A DNA stretch of 27,361 bases from Gemmatimonadaceae bacterium (GCA_044224875.1 JBGAJQ010000069.1:1-27361); one strand, 5' to 3'. Counted from the first letter of the stretch, positions 9,300-19,247 are shown. The notes: generated from the letters alone by a model not told the origin. A program made the numbers and translations.

Positions 9300-10352
9300 A
9301 TGTACGCGACCTGCCTCTTCTGCAACAAGCCGCTCGGCCAGAACGAGACCTTCGAGGCGTTTCCCGTTGGCGAACGCCTGGCGTTTGATGCGGCGAAGGG
9401 TCGACTGTGGGTGGTCTGCCGGCGCTGCGAGCGTTGGAACCTGACGCCAATCGAGGAGCGGTGGGAGGCCATCGAACAGGCCGAGAAATTGTACCGGGAC
9501 ACGCGCCGCCGGGTGTCCACCGACAACATCGGCCTCGCCAAGCTTCGTGACGGCACGACGCTCGTTAGGATCGGTGAACCGCAGCGGCCGGAGTTCGCCG
9601 CGTGGCGATACGGTGACCAGTTTGGCCGGCGTCGCACGCGGCAGGTCCTCATGGCCGGCGGTGGCATCGCGGCGTTGGGCGCCTTGGTCGTTGGCGGGGC
9701 CGTGGCCGGCGTTGGCGTCGGCGCATTCGGCTGGCTGGTTGGTCAGGCTGGCACCAGCTTGATCTACGGTAGCCCGGAGAGCGTGGTTGCGCGCATACGC
9801 ACGGAGCGGCGCGGCGTGATCCATGTGCGGCGCCGGCACCTCGCCGAGTCGATCATCACGCCGGCGGCCGACGGCTCCCTGGCCATCGACCTGCGGTTCA
9901 AGAACGGCTCCGAACACTTCGAGGGTGCTGAGGCGGCGCGCATTGCCGCGATCGTGGTGCCGAAAGTCAACCGGTTCGGCGGCAACCGCGAGACGATTGC
10001 CGCCGCCGTCCAGGCGATTGAAGCTGTCGGGAGCGCCGAGGGCTACCTTGCGGAATTGGCGCGGAGTTCACGAATGCAACCGCTGCCGACACTTCGCCCC
10101 CGACGCCGCTGGGGCTCTGGCGTCGATGCCAGGCAGATGAACAAGAACGGCCTGTTCGCCCTTCCCAAGCCACAGCGGTTGGCGTTGGAAATGGCGCTCC
10201 ACGAAGAGGCCGAACGCCGCGCCATGGAAGGGGAGTTGGAGCTGCTCGAGCAGGCCTGGCGCGACGCCGAGGAGATTGCGGCCATTTCCGACAACCTGTT
10301 GGTCCCGGAGTCGGTGGACTCTGAAATTCGGCGGCTCAAGGGCGACGGCTAG
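9300..10352 (+). CDS. Hypothetical protein with N-terminal zinc ribbon (CxxC..CxxC), central TM segment and acidic C-terminal helix
   Basis: CLFC and CRRC pairs, a Gly-rich hydrophobic stretch (GGIAALGALVVGGAVAGVGVGAFGWLVG), coding-like GC3 bias. Divergent from ABC-F. Confidence 0.8.
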   Translation: MYATCLFCNKPLGQNETFEAFPVGERLAFDAAKGRLWVVCRRCERWNLTPIEERWEAIEQAEKLYRDTRRRVSTDNIGLAKLRDGTTLVRIGEPQRPEFAAWRYGDQFGRRRTRQVLMAGGGIAALGALVVGGAVAGVGVGAFGWLVGQAGTSLIYGSPESVVARIRTERRGVIHVRRRHLAESIITPAADGSLAIDLRFKNGSEHFEGAEAARIAAIVVPKVNRFGGNRETIAAAVQAIEAVGSAEGYLAELARSSRMQPLPTLRPRRRWGSGVDARQMNKNGLFALPKPQRLALEMALHEEAERRAMEGELELLEQAWRDAEEIAAISDNLLVPESVDSEIRRLKGDG

Positions 10353-10422
10353 GGCCCGGCGCGGTGACAAGTCCCGACCGGCACGGTGCCCACGCTCGAC
10401 GCTGCCGGCGCAGCTCGACTCG

Positions 10423-11538
10423 TTAGGCCATCGCCTTCAGGTAGGCGCGATCCCACGCCGCCGGGATACTCTCGCGTGGCGAATACGGACCGGGCGCGTA
10501 CATTCGGGACTGGATGCCAAGCTGCGACTTCTCGCAAATGTCCCAGTCCTGCCGGTTGGTCGCTTCCCAGAAATCGATCGCGCCGGCCGGCGAGAACGTT
10601 TCCGAACGCGCCGAGTCGGGGTGTTGCAGCCACTCCGTGACAACGATCGAGCGGTCAGGCGCAACGGGCCAGACCTTGTAGTAGTTCACGTAGTCTGGGT
10701 GAATGCTCAACATCATGTTCGGGAACAGCGAGTAGTAGTAGCCTCGCCGCTGGTCGTCGGCACTCAGCTTCGCAATCGGAACGCCACATGCTCGGCCGGT
10801 GATCGTGGCGCTCTCGTGCGGCGCTGAAATCTCCATGTACCCGCCGAGCACTTCGCCTTCGACCAGGTCGTTGTTGCCGCTGAGGTACGGGATCACCTGC
10901 GAGAGCTCAGGGTGGATCATCGGACAGTGCAAGCACTCGTTGTAGTTCTGGAGGATCAGCTTCCAGTTTGCTCGAACGTCGTATTCGCGCCGTCCCACCG
11001 GTACCAGGGTCGACAGGTCGAATCGGTCGAAGCGCTCCAGCACACGGCCAAACGCCCGCTCGAATGGTGCCGGTTGACGAGACAGCGACACAAAGACCCA
11101 GCCGTTCCACTCATGGACCGCGGCCTGATGCAAGCCCCACGCCGACTTGTCAAAGTCCTCGATCTCCTGCATGTGCGGGGCGCCTAACAAGCGCCCATCC
11201 GACGCCGCGTACGTCCACGCGTGATAGGGACACTGGATGGTTTCCTTGAAGCGCCCGCGCGGTTCCGAGCAAATCCTCGTCCCCCGGTGCCGGCAGACGT
11301 TGAAATAGCCGCGCACCTTGCCCGCCTTGTCCCGCGTGATGATGATGCTCTCGCCAAAGCGGTCGAACAGGTAGTAATCGCCGGCGTTCGCGATCTCGTT
11401 CGCTCGCACGACCCACAACCAGCGCTCGCGGAACAGTCGCTCGACTTCGGCCTCGAGCACCTGCGCCGACGTGTAGTACTCCTGCGGCAGCGTCATCGCG
11501 CCGCGCTGGTACGTCGTGGGCGTTGCCTGGAACGTCAT
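10423..11538 (-). CDS. Rieske non-heme iron oxygenase alpha subunit (choline monooxygenase/GbcA/Stc2-like)
   Basis: Rieske motif CRHRG..CPYHAW and mononuclear iron motif NYNECLHCPMIHP..QDWDICE. ATG at 11538. Confidence 0.92.
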   Translation of the reverse strand: MTFQATPTTYQRGAMTLPQEYYTSAQVLEAEVERLFRERWLWVVRANEIANAGDYYLFDRFGESIIITRDKAGKVRGYFNVCRHRGTRICSEPRGRFKETIQCPYHAWTYAASDGRLLGAPHMQEIEDFDKSAWGLHQAAVHEWNGWVFVSLSRQPAPFERAFGRVLERFDRFDLSTLVPVGRREYDVRANWKLILQNYNECLHCPMIHPELSQVIPYLSGNNDLVEGEVLGGYMEISAPHESATITGRACGVPIAKLSADDQRRGYYYSLFPNMMLSIHPDYVNYYKVWPVAPDRSIVVTEWLQHPDSARSETFSPAGAIDFWEATNRQDWDICEKSQLGIQSRMYAPGPYSPRESIPAAWDRAYLKAMA

Positions 11539-11608
11539 GTGGCGCTCTTCAACCAGCCTAACGCAGGCCAGCCGACCCCGGGCGTTTTCCCATGCATCTT
11601 CACGCGCC

Positions 11609-13192
11609 TCACGACTTGGAGGCCAGGATTTCCTTTGCTGCCAGCATGCCAGTGGCGCCCGCCGTGCCGGCGCCCGGATGTGACCCACCACCGCAGAGCC
11701 ACAGACCGGCCACCGGCGTCCGATACCGTGCGCACTCGGGCACCGGTCGCATGAAGAGGAACTGATCGAGCGCCAGCTCCCCGTGCATCAGGCTTCCCTC
11801 CGTGACACCGTACTGCTCGGCGAGATCCGGCGGCGCCAACACCACGCGATGCCGGATGAGCTGAGGCAGCGTTGGCGCAACTTCGGCGATGGTCTGCACC
11901 ACGGTGTCGCCTAACGCATCACGCACCGCGGTGGTCCAACCTCCCTTCGCCTTGAACGCTGCGTATTGCACGTGCGCCGTCAGCACATGGTGACCGCTCT
12001 GCGCAAACGTCGGGTCGTCCACCGATGGCAGCGTCACCAGGATTGCGGGGTGCTCGGATACGCCGCCATGCTTCGCGGCATCGTATGCCTTCTCGATCCC
12101 TTTCATGCTCGTGACGAGGGCAATCGACCCACGCACGGCATCCTCGCCCCACGTGTGACCGCTGTTCGAGAAGGCTGGACGACCGGTCAGCGCCAGGTGC
12201 ACGCGCGCCGCCGGACCGCGCATTCGGATGTTGTCGACGGCCGTGAGCATCTCCGGATCGAAGAATCCGGGATCCACCAACGTGCCGAATGTCCGCCGCG
12301 GGTCGACGGCAGAAGCCACCAGGGTGCCCGCCACCAAGCTTCCATCCGTCAGCCGCACCCCGCTCACCGCGTCGTTCTCCACAACGATCTCGGCGACGTC
12401 GGCGTTGGTGCGCACTTCCACGCCGGCCGCCTGGGCTGCCGCGGCCAATGCCGACGCCAGCGAGCCAACTCCACCCGGCGTAACGCGACGCCCGCCAATG
12501 TGGCCTAACGGCAGCCCTATGTGGCGGTGCAGGAAGACGAGCGCCGTGCCGCCGGACATCGGCCCGTGCTGCACGTTCAACACGCCGTGGAGCGAAAGGG
12601 CGGCTTTGAGTCCCGGGTGCTCGAACCACTCGTCCAGGAGGTCGGCGATCGGCATCGGCACGGTGCGCAACAGGTCAACGATCCCTCGCTTCCCCAACCC
12701 GCGTAACCGTTTCCCTAACGACAGCATGGTCAGGAGATCGGCCGCCGAATTGGTGTGAACGTCCGGCGGACGCACCGTGTACAGCGCCTCGAGAAATCCG
12801 GCGAGGCGTGCGATCAGCGCGCAGAATCCCGGCCAGGCCGCGGCGTCGGCCACGGACAGTCGACGGATGGCGTCACTGGCGCGCGATACGTCCGTCGGCA
12901 GCACCAACGGCGCCGCACCATCCAGTGGTACCACCAACCCGGTGGCAGCGTGTGTGGGCGCATACCCGCGTTGCGCTAACCCCAGGTCGGCAACCACGGA
13001 CGCCGGCACCCAGCCCGCATCGTCCACGCACATGTTGGCGCGGTAGCCGGGATGGAATTCCTCCGTAGCGGTAATGCCGCCTAACGTGGAACGCCGCTCC
13101 AGCACCACCGCACGCTTCCCTGCCTTGCCCAGGTACGCCGCGGTGACCAGGCCATTCACACCACCCCCGATGACAATCGCGTCGTATTTCAT
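11609..13192 (-). CDS. FAD-dependent oxidoreductase, phytoene desaturase-like/PYROXD2-like (paralog B)
   Basis: YDAIVIGGGVNGL dinucleotide-binding motif and C-terminal HGELALDQ..RP..YRTPVAGLWLCGGGSHPGAG. The start ATG overlaps the upstream stop (ATGA). Confidence 0.88.
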   Translation of the reverse strand: MKYDAIVIGGGVNGLVTAAYLGKAGKRAVVLERRSTLGGITATEEFHPGYRANMCVDDAGWVPASVVADLGLAQRGYAPTHAATGLVVPLDGAAPLVLPTDVSRASDAIRRLSVADAAAWPGFCALIARLAGFLEALYTVRPPDVHTNSAADLLTMLSLGKRLRGLGKRGIVDLLRTVPMPIADLLDEWFEHPGLKAALSLHGVLNVQHGPMSGGTALVFLHRHIGLPLGHIGGRRVTPGGVGSLASALAAAAQAAGVEVRTNADVAEIVVENDAVSGVRLTDGSLVAGTLVASAVDPRRTFGTLVDPGFFDPEMLTAVDNIRMRGPAARVHLALTGRPAFSNSGHTWGEDAVRGSIALVTSMKGIEKAYDAAKHGGVSEHPAILVTLPSVDDPTFAQSGHHVLTAHVQYAAFKAKGGWTTAVRDALGDTVVQTIAEVAPTLPQLIRHRVVLAPPDLAEQYGVTEGSLMHGELALDQFLFMRPVPECARYRTPVAGLWLCGGGSHPGAGTAGATGMLAAKEILASKS

Positions 13193-14787
13193 CGGGCGCC
13201 TCCCACATCCTTGAGGATTTCCAGCGCCGCCAGCCGCCCACCGGCACCCATGATGCCGCCGCCCGGATGCGTGGCCGATCCGCACTGGTACAACCCCTTC
13301 ACCGGCGAGCGGAATTTCGCCCACCCCGGCGCCGGCCGCAGGAAGAACAGTTGGTGCAACGCCAATTCGCCCTGGAAGATGTTCCCCTCAGTCAAACCGG
13401 TGATGTCCTCGATGTCCTGCGGCGTCAGCACCTGGCGATGCAGGATGCACTGACGGATGTTCGGCGCAAACATCTCGATCGCGTTGATCACCGCATCGCC
13501 GAACGCCTCACGCTTGGTCGCGTTCCAACCACCGTCGATGTCCGACGGCGCATACTGCACAAAGACGGACATCACATGCTTCCCTGGCGGCGCCATTTGC
13601 GGGTCGATCATGGACGGGAAGATCATGTCCATGTACGGACGCCGTGAGAATGAGCCGTGCTTCGCATCGTCGTACGCAGTCTCCACATACTCCATGCTCG
13701 GACTGATGGAGATGGCACCGCGATGGTGCCGCCCAATGCCCGGCATGCACGTGAAGTCAGGCAGCTGGCTGAGTGCGCAGTTCACCTTGCCTGACGAACC
13801 ACGGATCTTGTAGCGTCGGATGTCCTGGACGAAATCTCCCGGCAGCTCCTTTTCGTCCATGAGCTTCAGGAACGTCCGCTTGGGATCCAGCGACGTCACG
13901 ACGACATCGGCCTTGAGCTCATCGCCATTCTCCAGGACCACGCCGCTCGCCCGCCCGCCACTCGTTAGGATGCGCGATACGCCGGCGTTGAGTCGCACCT
14001 CGGCGCCAAACGACCGCGCCGCGCTGGCACACGACTCGGAAATCGCTCCTGTCCCGCCCTTGGCAAAGCCCCACGCCCGGAACGCCCCGTCGATTTCTCC
14101 CATGTAATGGTGCAGCAGCACGTAGGCCGAGCCCGGCGTGCGCGGGCCCATGTACGTGCCGATGATGCCGCTCGCCGACTTTGTCGCCTTCAACACGTCG
14201 GTTTCGAACCACTCGTCCAGGAAATCCCCGGAGCTCATCGTCATGAGCTTGTACAGCGCGTGGAAGTGCTTCTTGCTCAAGCTGCGGAAGTTCATGGTGA
14301 ACTTGAGCAGCCCCTTGAGGTCACCCGGCGAGAGCGATGTTGGATCTGGCGGCACCATGGCAAGGATCGGCTTTACGGCCATGGCCATGTGGTGCATCAG
14401 CTTGCCGTACTCATCGTACGCCTCGGCGTCCTTGAGAGAGTGCCGGCACACCTCGCGGCGCGTCTCGTCGTGATCGGCCCACCCCGCGAGATAGTTACCA
14501 TTGAGCATCGGCGTCACGGTGCTCTCCAGCGGCAGGATCTCCAGGCCGTGCCTTGGCAAGTCCAGATCGCGAATGATCTCCGGTCGCAACAGGCTCACCA
14601 CGTAGGAGAACACGGAGAACTTGTATCCCGGATAGATCTCCTCGGTGACCGCCGCACCACCCACGAGGTGCCGCTTCTCCAATACCACGACTTTCTTGCC
14701 GGCGCGCGCCAGATAGGCGGCACTGATCAGCCCGTTGTGGCCGCCGCCAATGATGATCGCATCGTAGCGCCCCTGTTGAGTCGTCAT
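13189..14787 (-). CDS. FAD-dependent oxidoreductase, phytoene desaturase-like/PYROXD2-like (paralog A)
   Basis: YDAIIIGGGHNGL, GGAAVTEE, GNIFQGEL..RP..GLYQCGSATHPGGGIMGAGG. ATGA overlap with the upstream gene. Confidence 0.92.
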   Translation of the reverse strand: MTTQQGRYDAIIIGGGHNGLISAAYLARAGKKVVVLEKRHLVGGAAVTEEIYPGYKFSVFSYVVSLLRPEIIRDLDLPRHGLEILPLESTVTPMLNGNYLAGWADHDETRREVCRHSLKDAEAYDEYGKLMHHMAMAVKPILAMVPPDPTSLSPGDLKGLLKFTMNFRSLSKKHFHALYKLMTMSSGDFLDEWFETDVLKATKSASGIIGTYMGPRTPGSAYVLLHHYMGEIDGAFRAWGFAKGGTGAISESCASAARSFGAEVRLNAGVSRILTSGGRASGVVLENGDELKADVVVTSLDPKRTFLKLMDEKELPGDFVQDIRRYKIRGSSGKVNCALSQLPDFTCMPGIGRHHRGAISISPSMEYVETAYDDAKHGSFSRRPYMDMIFPSMIDPQMAPPGKHVMSVFVQYAPSDIDGGWNATKREAFGDAVINAIEMFAPNIRQCILHRQVLTPQDIEDITGLTEGNIFQGELALHQLFFLRPAPGWAKFRSPVKGLYQCGSATHPGGGIMGAGGRLAALEILKDVGGAR

Positions 14788-15977
14788 GCGCGCTTACGCT
14801 CCGGGTTGAAGAACGGGAGCGGTCGCACCGTGGCCTCGGCGCGCTGCCGATGATGCTCCACCGTCACTTCCATCATCAATGGCGTTCCGTTCGCGGCGTA
14901 TCGGGCTTCCACGTGCGCGAGGGCAATGTATCGTTTGAGGATCGGTGACCAGCACCCACTCGTGGCGTAGCCAACCTGCGCGGCGCCGTTGGCGTCGTAG
15001 AGCGGAACACTTGTGCGCCACGCTTGCGTCGGCAGTCGCGGCGCCAGACCGACTGCATTGAACTGTCGCTCCAGCGACACCCAGTCCATTTCGACCCCAA
15101 TGAACTTCCACGCCGCACCTTTCGCGCGCTCAGCGCGCAGCGGCAGTCGTCCATTGAACTGGGGCTTGTCGAAGCCCACGGTCCAGTCCAACGCCAGCTC
15201 CAACGGCGATGACTTCTGCCCTTCGATCAAGGCTCGCTTGGCGGACACGTAATCGACATCGAGGAGCAGCAGCCCGGCCTCGATGCGTGCCACGTCGAGC
15301 GCCAGGATGCCACACGGGGTGATCCCATACGGCGTTCCGGCCTCGATCAATGCGTCCCACACCTTCACACCGTCCGCCGCATCCATCCACAACTCGTACC
15401 CCAAGTCACCCGTGTATCCCGTACGAGTGATCGTCACGGCCGCACCACGTACCGTCGCGTTGGTCAGGCGAAAGTACTTCACGCCTTTGAGATCCTGGCC
15501 CGTCAGCTGCTCCAAGATCACGCGCGCGTTTGGCCCCTGCAGTGCCAGCGATGCCATCCGGTCGCTGACGTCCTCGATCGTCACCTCCAACCGGCGCGCG
15601 TTCTCATGCAGCCACCGGAAATTCGGTTCGGCCGAGGTCATCCGGAACGACTGTTCGGCCAGGCGCGCCACCGTGCCATCGTCGATCACCTTGCCTTCGG
15701 CGTCGCACCACGGCGTGTACAGGACCTGGCCAACCTTCGAGTGGCCAACATCTCGAGTGACCACACGATCCAGGAGTCGCGATGCATCACGACCGCCAAT
15801 GTGGTACTTGAAGAGTGGCGACACGTCCAGCAGCGCCGCTGAATTGCGGATCGCGTAGTATTCGCGGTCGTGATTGAGTTCGTATGAACTGGCGACCGTG
15901 AAACCAGCCCAGCGGCGCCACGTGGCCCCTTGCATCAATGGGGCCGTGCGCTCGTGGAATGGAGTATGTCGGAGCAA
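14784..15977 (-). CDS. Aminomethyltransferase (GcvT-like, folate-binding) family protein
   Basis: TPFH, EYYAIRNSAALLDVSPL, GKVIDDG, LALQGP, RTGYTGDLGYELW, ARIEAG, GYATSG, PFFNP. The TTG start is the longest available and is uncertain. No gcvH/gcvP nearby, so probably not true GcvT. Confidence 0.88.
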   Translation of the reverse strand: MLRHTPFHERTAPLMQGATWRRWAGFTVASSYELNHDREYYAIRNSAALLDVSPLFKYHIGGRDASRLLDRVVTRDVGHSKVGQVLYTPWCDAEGKVIDDGTVARLAEQSFRMTSAEPNFRWLHENARRLEVTIEDVSDRMASLALQGPNARVILEQLTGQDLKGVKYFRLTNATVRGAAVTITRTGYTGDLGYELWMDAADGVKVWDALIEAGTPYGITPCGILALDVARIEAGLLLLDVDYVSAKRALIEGQKSSPLELALDWTVGFDKPQFNGRLPLRAERAKGAAWKFIGVEMDWVSLERQFNAVGLAPRLPTQAWRTSVPLYDANGAAQVGYATSGCWSPILKRYIALAHVEARYAANGTPLMMEVTVEHHRQRAEATVRPLPFFNPERKRA

Positions 15978-16176
15978 GGGGATCGAGGATGGGGGAATGG
16001 GGACCTGCGCTGCGCCCCAATGCGATGATCAAGGCGTCCTGTGAATAATGCGCGGACGGCCCCAACGCCAGCGGATGAAACCCCCTTCCCATACTCCGCA
16101 CTCCCTGCCACCGAAGCCTCCAGTCACAGCTGGAGGCCTCGGTGCCGGCGTTTGGTATGCGGCCAGCGTCGAGACG

Positions 16177-19122
16177 CTACGACGCGATCTTATCCTTCTT
16201 CTGACGACCCTTCAGGTGCTCTTCCATCTTGAGCCGCGGGATGCCGTCCTTCATCCAGTCCGGGGCCGGCGCCCCCTGCAAGTAGTGATCGAAGTACTCG
16301 CGCATGCGAATCGTGTAGTCCTTCTGGTTCTTGGGCTGGGCCAGACCATGATTCTCGCCAACGTACTGCAGCAGAATGACGTCCTTCTCCTGCTCGCGCA
16401 GCGAATTGTAGAAGGTGATGCCCTGGTTGAAGTCGACGGCCCCGTCCTTTTCGTTATGCAGCAACATGATCGATGTCTTCACGTCCTTGACGTGGAACGC
16501 CGGCGAATTCCGGACGTAGGCGTCCATGTTGTCCAGATAGCTGCCCTTGAAGCGTCCCTGGCTACTTTCGAAGATCGCCATGTCGGCCGTGCCGGTGTTC
16601 CAGTACACGGAGTTGTACATGCTGATCATGTCCGTGAGTGGCGCGCCGGACACGATGCTCTTGAACAGGGTGCCCGTCTGCGTAGCGAGGAACGCGCTCT
16701 GGTAGCCTCCCCATGAGTGTCCCTGCAGGCCGACGTTTGCCGGATCGATGAACCCCGTTGCAATCGCCGCTTTCACCGCCGGGACCACGCACCACACGGC
16801 GGACATCCCCGGATCGTTGATGCGGTAGACGATGTCTGGCTGCAAGACGGCATAGCCGCGACTCGTGTAGACGCTGGGGTTGAACGCCCGCGTCTCATTC
16901 GGCGTGGCATAAGAGTGCAGCTGCTGGGACAGTTTCTCATAGATGTAGACGACCATCGGGTACTTCTTGCCGGGCTGGAAGTCGGCCGGCAGGTACAACG
17001 CACCCTGGAGCGAGTCCCCCTTGTCGCTCACATAGTCGATGAGCCGTGCCCCGCTCGACCACGCATAGTCCTTCTGTTGCGGGTTGGCGTCGGTCAGGCG
17101 CTTCGGCGTCGCGAACGTCCGTTCGGCAACGTAGTAGTCTGGAAAGTCGACGAAGGTCTCCTTCGAGTACACGAAAGTCTCGGTGTCGCGGGCGCGGCGC
17201 ACGACATACTTGGCCTCGTCCCAGAACAACCGTTCGATCGGCTTCCCTGGGAGCAGACGCACCAGCCCTTCCTTTTTCGTCTTCTCGCCATACACGGCGA
17301 AGTAAACGGGCTTTGAGAAGTCGACACCCTTCTCCTTCGCGTTGTACGAGATGCGACGTTGGTAGCGCACCCGTTCGGTCTTCCCGTTCCCCGTCAGGTT
17401 CACCGCTGCGCCCCCCGACGCGGTCGCGGGCACCTTCCAAATGTCCCAATTGTCGGAGAGAAGCACGGCACTTCCGTCGGACGACCAGCCCAGGGCGGAC
17501 GTCGGCGGGCGATCTACGTTGTGGTCGTCCTCTTTGTCAACGAACGACGTCGGCAAACCAGAGCTGATCGAACGCGCCGCCCTGGCCACGAGGTCGTAGA
17601 CCCGGTACTCGCCGTCGTCGTAGTACAGCACCTTGGTGCCGTCGGGAGATGGCAGCGTCGGCCATCGCTGTGCCGGCAGGATCTTCGTTGCCTGCCCGCT
17701 CGTCAGGTCAATCGCGTACACGTCGCGACGCTGGCCCCCGTCGATGTTATCGCGCTGCTCGTACGCTCGGCGGTCAAATCCCAGGGCGAATTTGTCGCGA
17801 GGGGCGATGGTTATGTCGCGCATCTCGTCGCTCGCGAGCCGAACGAACTTCTTGTCGGCAACGCGATACTCGGCCAGGTACGAGTACGTCTTGTCGCGCT
17901 GTTCCTCGACTTGTTGTTGCGATTGCAGACGCGGATCCTTCACGTGCCAGATCACGAGGCTGGGGAGGTCGTCGTCAGGCATGCCGGCGCCAGCGGGCGA
18001 TTGCATGGCGCCCGGCGTGCCAGCCACCGGTTTGACGTCGGGACGCCCCGTCTTCGACTCCGGACCTTCGCGCCGCGCTGTTAGGCCGAAGAAGATCGTG
18101 GAAAAATCGGTCGACCAACGCGGCGCGCGATCGGGGGACACACGCATCCCGGCTGGGAAGTTCGCGGCGTCCGCCGGGACAAAGGTGACCGACGTAACCC
18201 CCGACGCCGCCGCGAAACCGTTGAAGCCGACGACCGCGTACGACGTGTCGGAGGACGCGCTGTCAGCCTTGCCGCGCAGCACCGCCAGCGCCAACCCGCT
18301 GTCGGCCCACGTCAGGCGGCGATAGAGGCGCTTGTCGCTCTCCAACGTACGGACGACATCCGTGCGCAGGTTGCGCGCCAGTACGCCGTTCCCCACCTGA
18401 TCTTTCGTTTCGATGGTGTAGGAGAGCCACTCGCCCGAATCGTCGAGGGCGAACTCACCCACGTTGCCAACATTGGACACCGCGCCATTCCGGAGGTCGA
18501 CCAGCAGCAGGTCAGCGCCTGCAACGGGCGCCGGTGCGGGGGTCGCTCCTGGTGCGGGCGGGCCGGATGGCGCAGCTGGCGTGTCGCCATATCGGTGCAG
18601 CACCACCCAGTTGGGGCGCTCGCCCGCAAAGGCAAAGCGACGGACCTTCTCGTACTCCTTCTTCTCGCCGTTGGCGAGGTTGACAATCACGACCGAGTTC
18701 TGAGCCGGCTTGCGGTCCTTCTTCGCCTTCTTGGCCTCTGCCGCGGTTGGGTACTTCGTGAGCACCAACCACTTGCTATCCGCGGAAAACGCCAACGGGG
18801 CCGCACCGCCAAACAGTGAAGGGTCGAACTGACCGCCAATGAGCGCCGTCGGCTCGCCGATCGGGACACGCCACTCGGGGCCTTCAGCCGTGGGGCGCAC
18901 GACGGTCTCGCCGTCCCCCTCGTTAGGGGCAAGCTGATACGCGAACCACTTTCCATCGTTCGAGACCTGCGGAGCGCGGATCGTCTTCCAGAACGACAGG
19001 TCCGCCGGGTCCAGGACCTTCTTCCCCGGCGTGTTCTGCGCGAGTGATGGCGTGGTGGCGATGACCAGCAAAACCAACGCGAAGGCCCAGGATAGACAAT
19101 CCGAACGAATTCGACCGAGCAT
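16177..19122 (-). CDS. Secreted S9 (prolyl oligopeptidase/acylaminoacyl peptidase) family serine peptidase
   Basis: GGAGGA SD, ATG 19122, signal peptide (..PSLAQ), beta-propeller-like repeats (FSADSKW, SPDGTK, WSSDGS), catalytic GHSWGG..DGAVD..ENH. Confidence 0.92.
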   Translation of the reverse strand: MLGRIRSDCLSWAFALVLLVIATTPSLAQNTPGKKVLDPADLSFWKTIRAPQVSNDGKWFAYQLAPNEGDGETVVRPTAEGPEWRVPIGEPTALIGGQFDPSLFGGAAPLAFSADSKWLVLTKYPTAAEAKKAKKDRKPAQNSVVIVNLANGEKKEYEKVRRFAFAGERPNWVVLHRYGDTPAAPSGPPAPGATPAPAPVAGADLLLVDLRNGAVSNVGNVGEFALDDSGEWLSYTIETKDQVGNGVLARNLRTDVVRTLESDKRLYRRLTWADSGLALAVLRGKADSASSDTSYAVVGFNGFAAASGVTSVTFVPADAANFPAGMRVSPDRAPRWSTDFSTIFFGLTARREGPESKTGRPDVKPVAGTPGAMQSPAGAGMPDDDLPSLVIWHVKDPRLQSQQQVEEQRDKTYSYLAEYRVADKKFVRLASDEMRDITIAPRDKFALGFDRRAYEQRDNIDGGQRRDVYAIDLTSGQATKILPAQRWPTLPSPDGTKVLYYDDGEYRVYDLVARAARSISSGLPTSFVDKEDDHNVDRPPTSALGWSSDGSAVLLSDNWDIWKVPATASGGAAVNLTGNGKTERVRYQRRISYNAKEKGVDFSKPVYFAVYGEKTKKEGLVRLLPGKPIERLFWDEAKYVVRRARDTETFVYSKETFVDFPDYYVAERTFATPKRLTDANPQQKDYAWSSGARLIDYVSDKGDSLQGALYLPADFQPGKKYPMVVYIYEKLSQQLHSYATPNETRAFNPSVYTSRGYAVLQPDIVYRINDPGMSAVWCVVPAVKAAIATGFIDPANVGLQGHSWGGYQSAFLATQTGTLFKSIVSGAPLTDMISMYNSVYWNTGTADMAIFESSQGRFKGSYLDNMDAYVRNSPAFHVKDVKTSIMLLHNEKDGAVDFNQGITFYNSLREQEKDVILLQYVGENHGLAQPKNQKDYTIRMREYFDHYLQGAPAPDWMKDGIPRLKMEEHLKGRQKKDKIAS

Positions 19123-19247
19123 CGTGTTCCTCCTGCGCGGCGCGGCGCGCGATAATTCGAGCGCCAAAGAATGCGATGCGCGCGCCGAAGGCGCCACCTC
19201 GCGCGGGAGATGCCGGCGCCTCTCAGGGTGCTCGCGTCGGATCGGCC

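Noticed and set aside
9219..9917. 233-aa N-terminal extension of the ABC-F ORF (882 aa in the ORF track)
   Set aside because: It is the antisense shadow of the 9300-10352 gene. ABC-F similarity starts at GTG 9218 and gives a normal length.
11609..14787. Carotenoid biosynthesis (crtI/crtO) cluster
   Set aside because: No crtB/crtE/crtY nearby. Coupling to GcvT-like and Rieske genes points to catabolism.
14784..15977. Glycine cleavage T protein (gcvT) with a glycine riboswitch
   Set aside because: No gcvH/gcvP, the sequence fits stand-alone aminomethyltransferase-like proteins, and no glycine riboswitch pattern is seen upstream.
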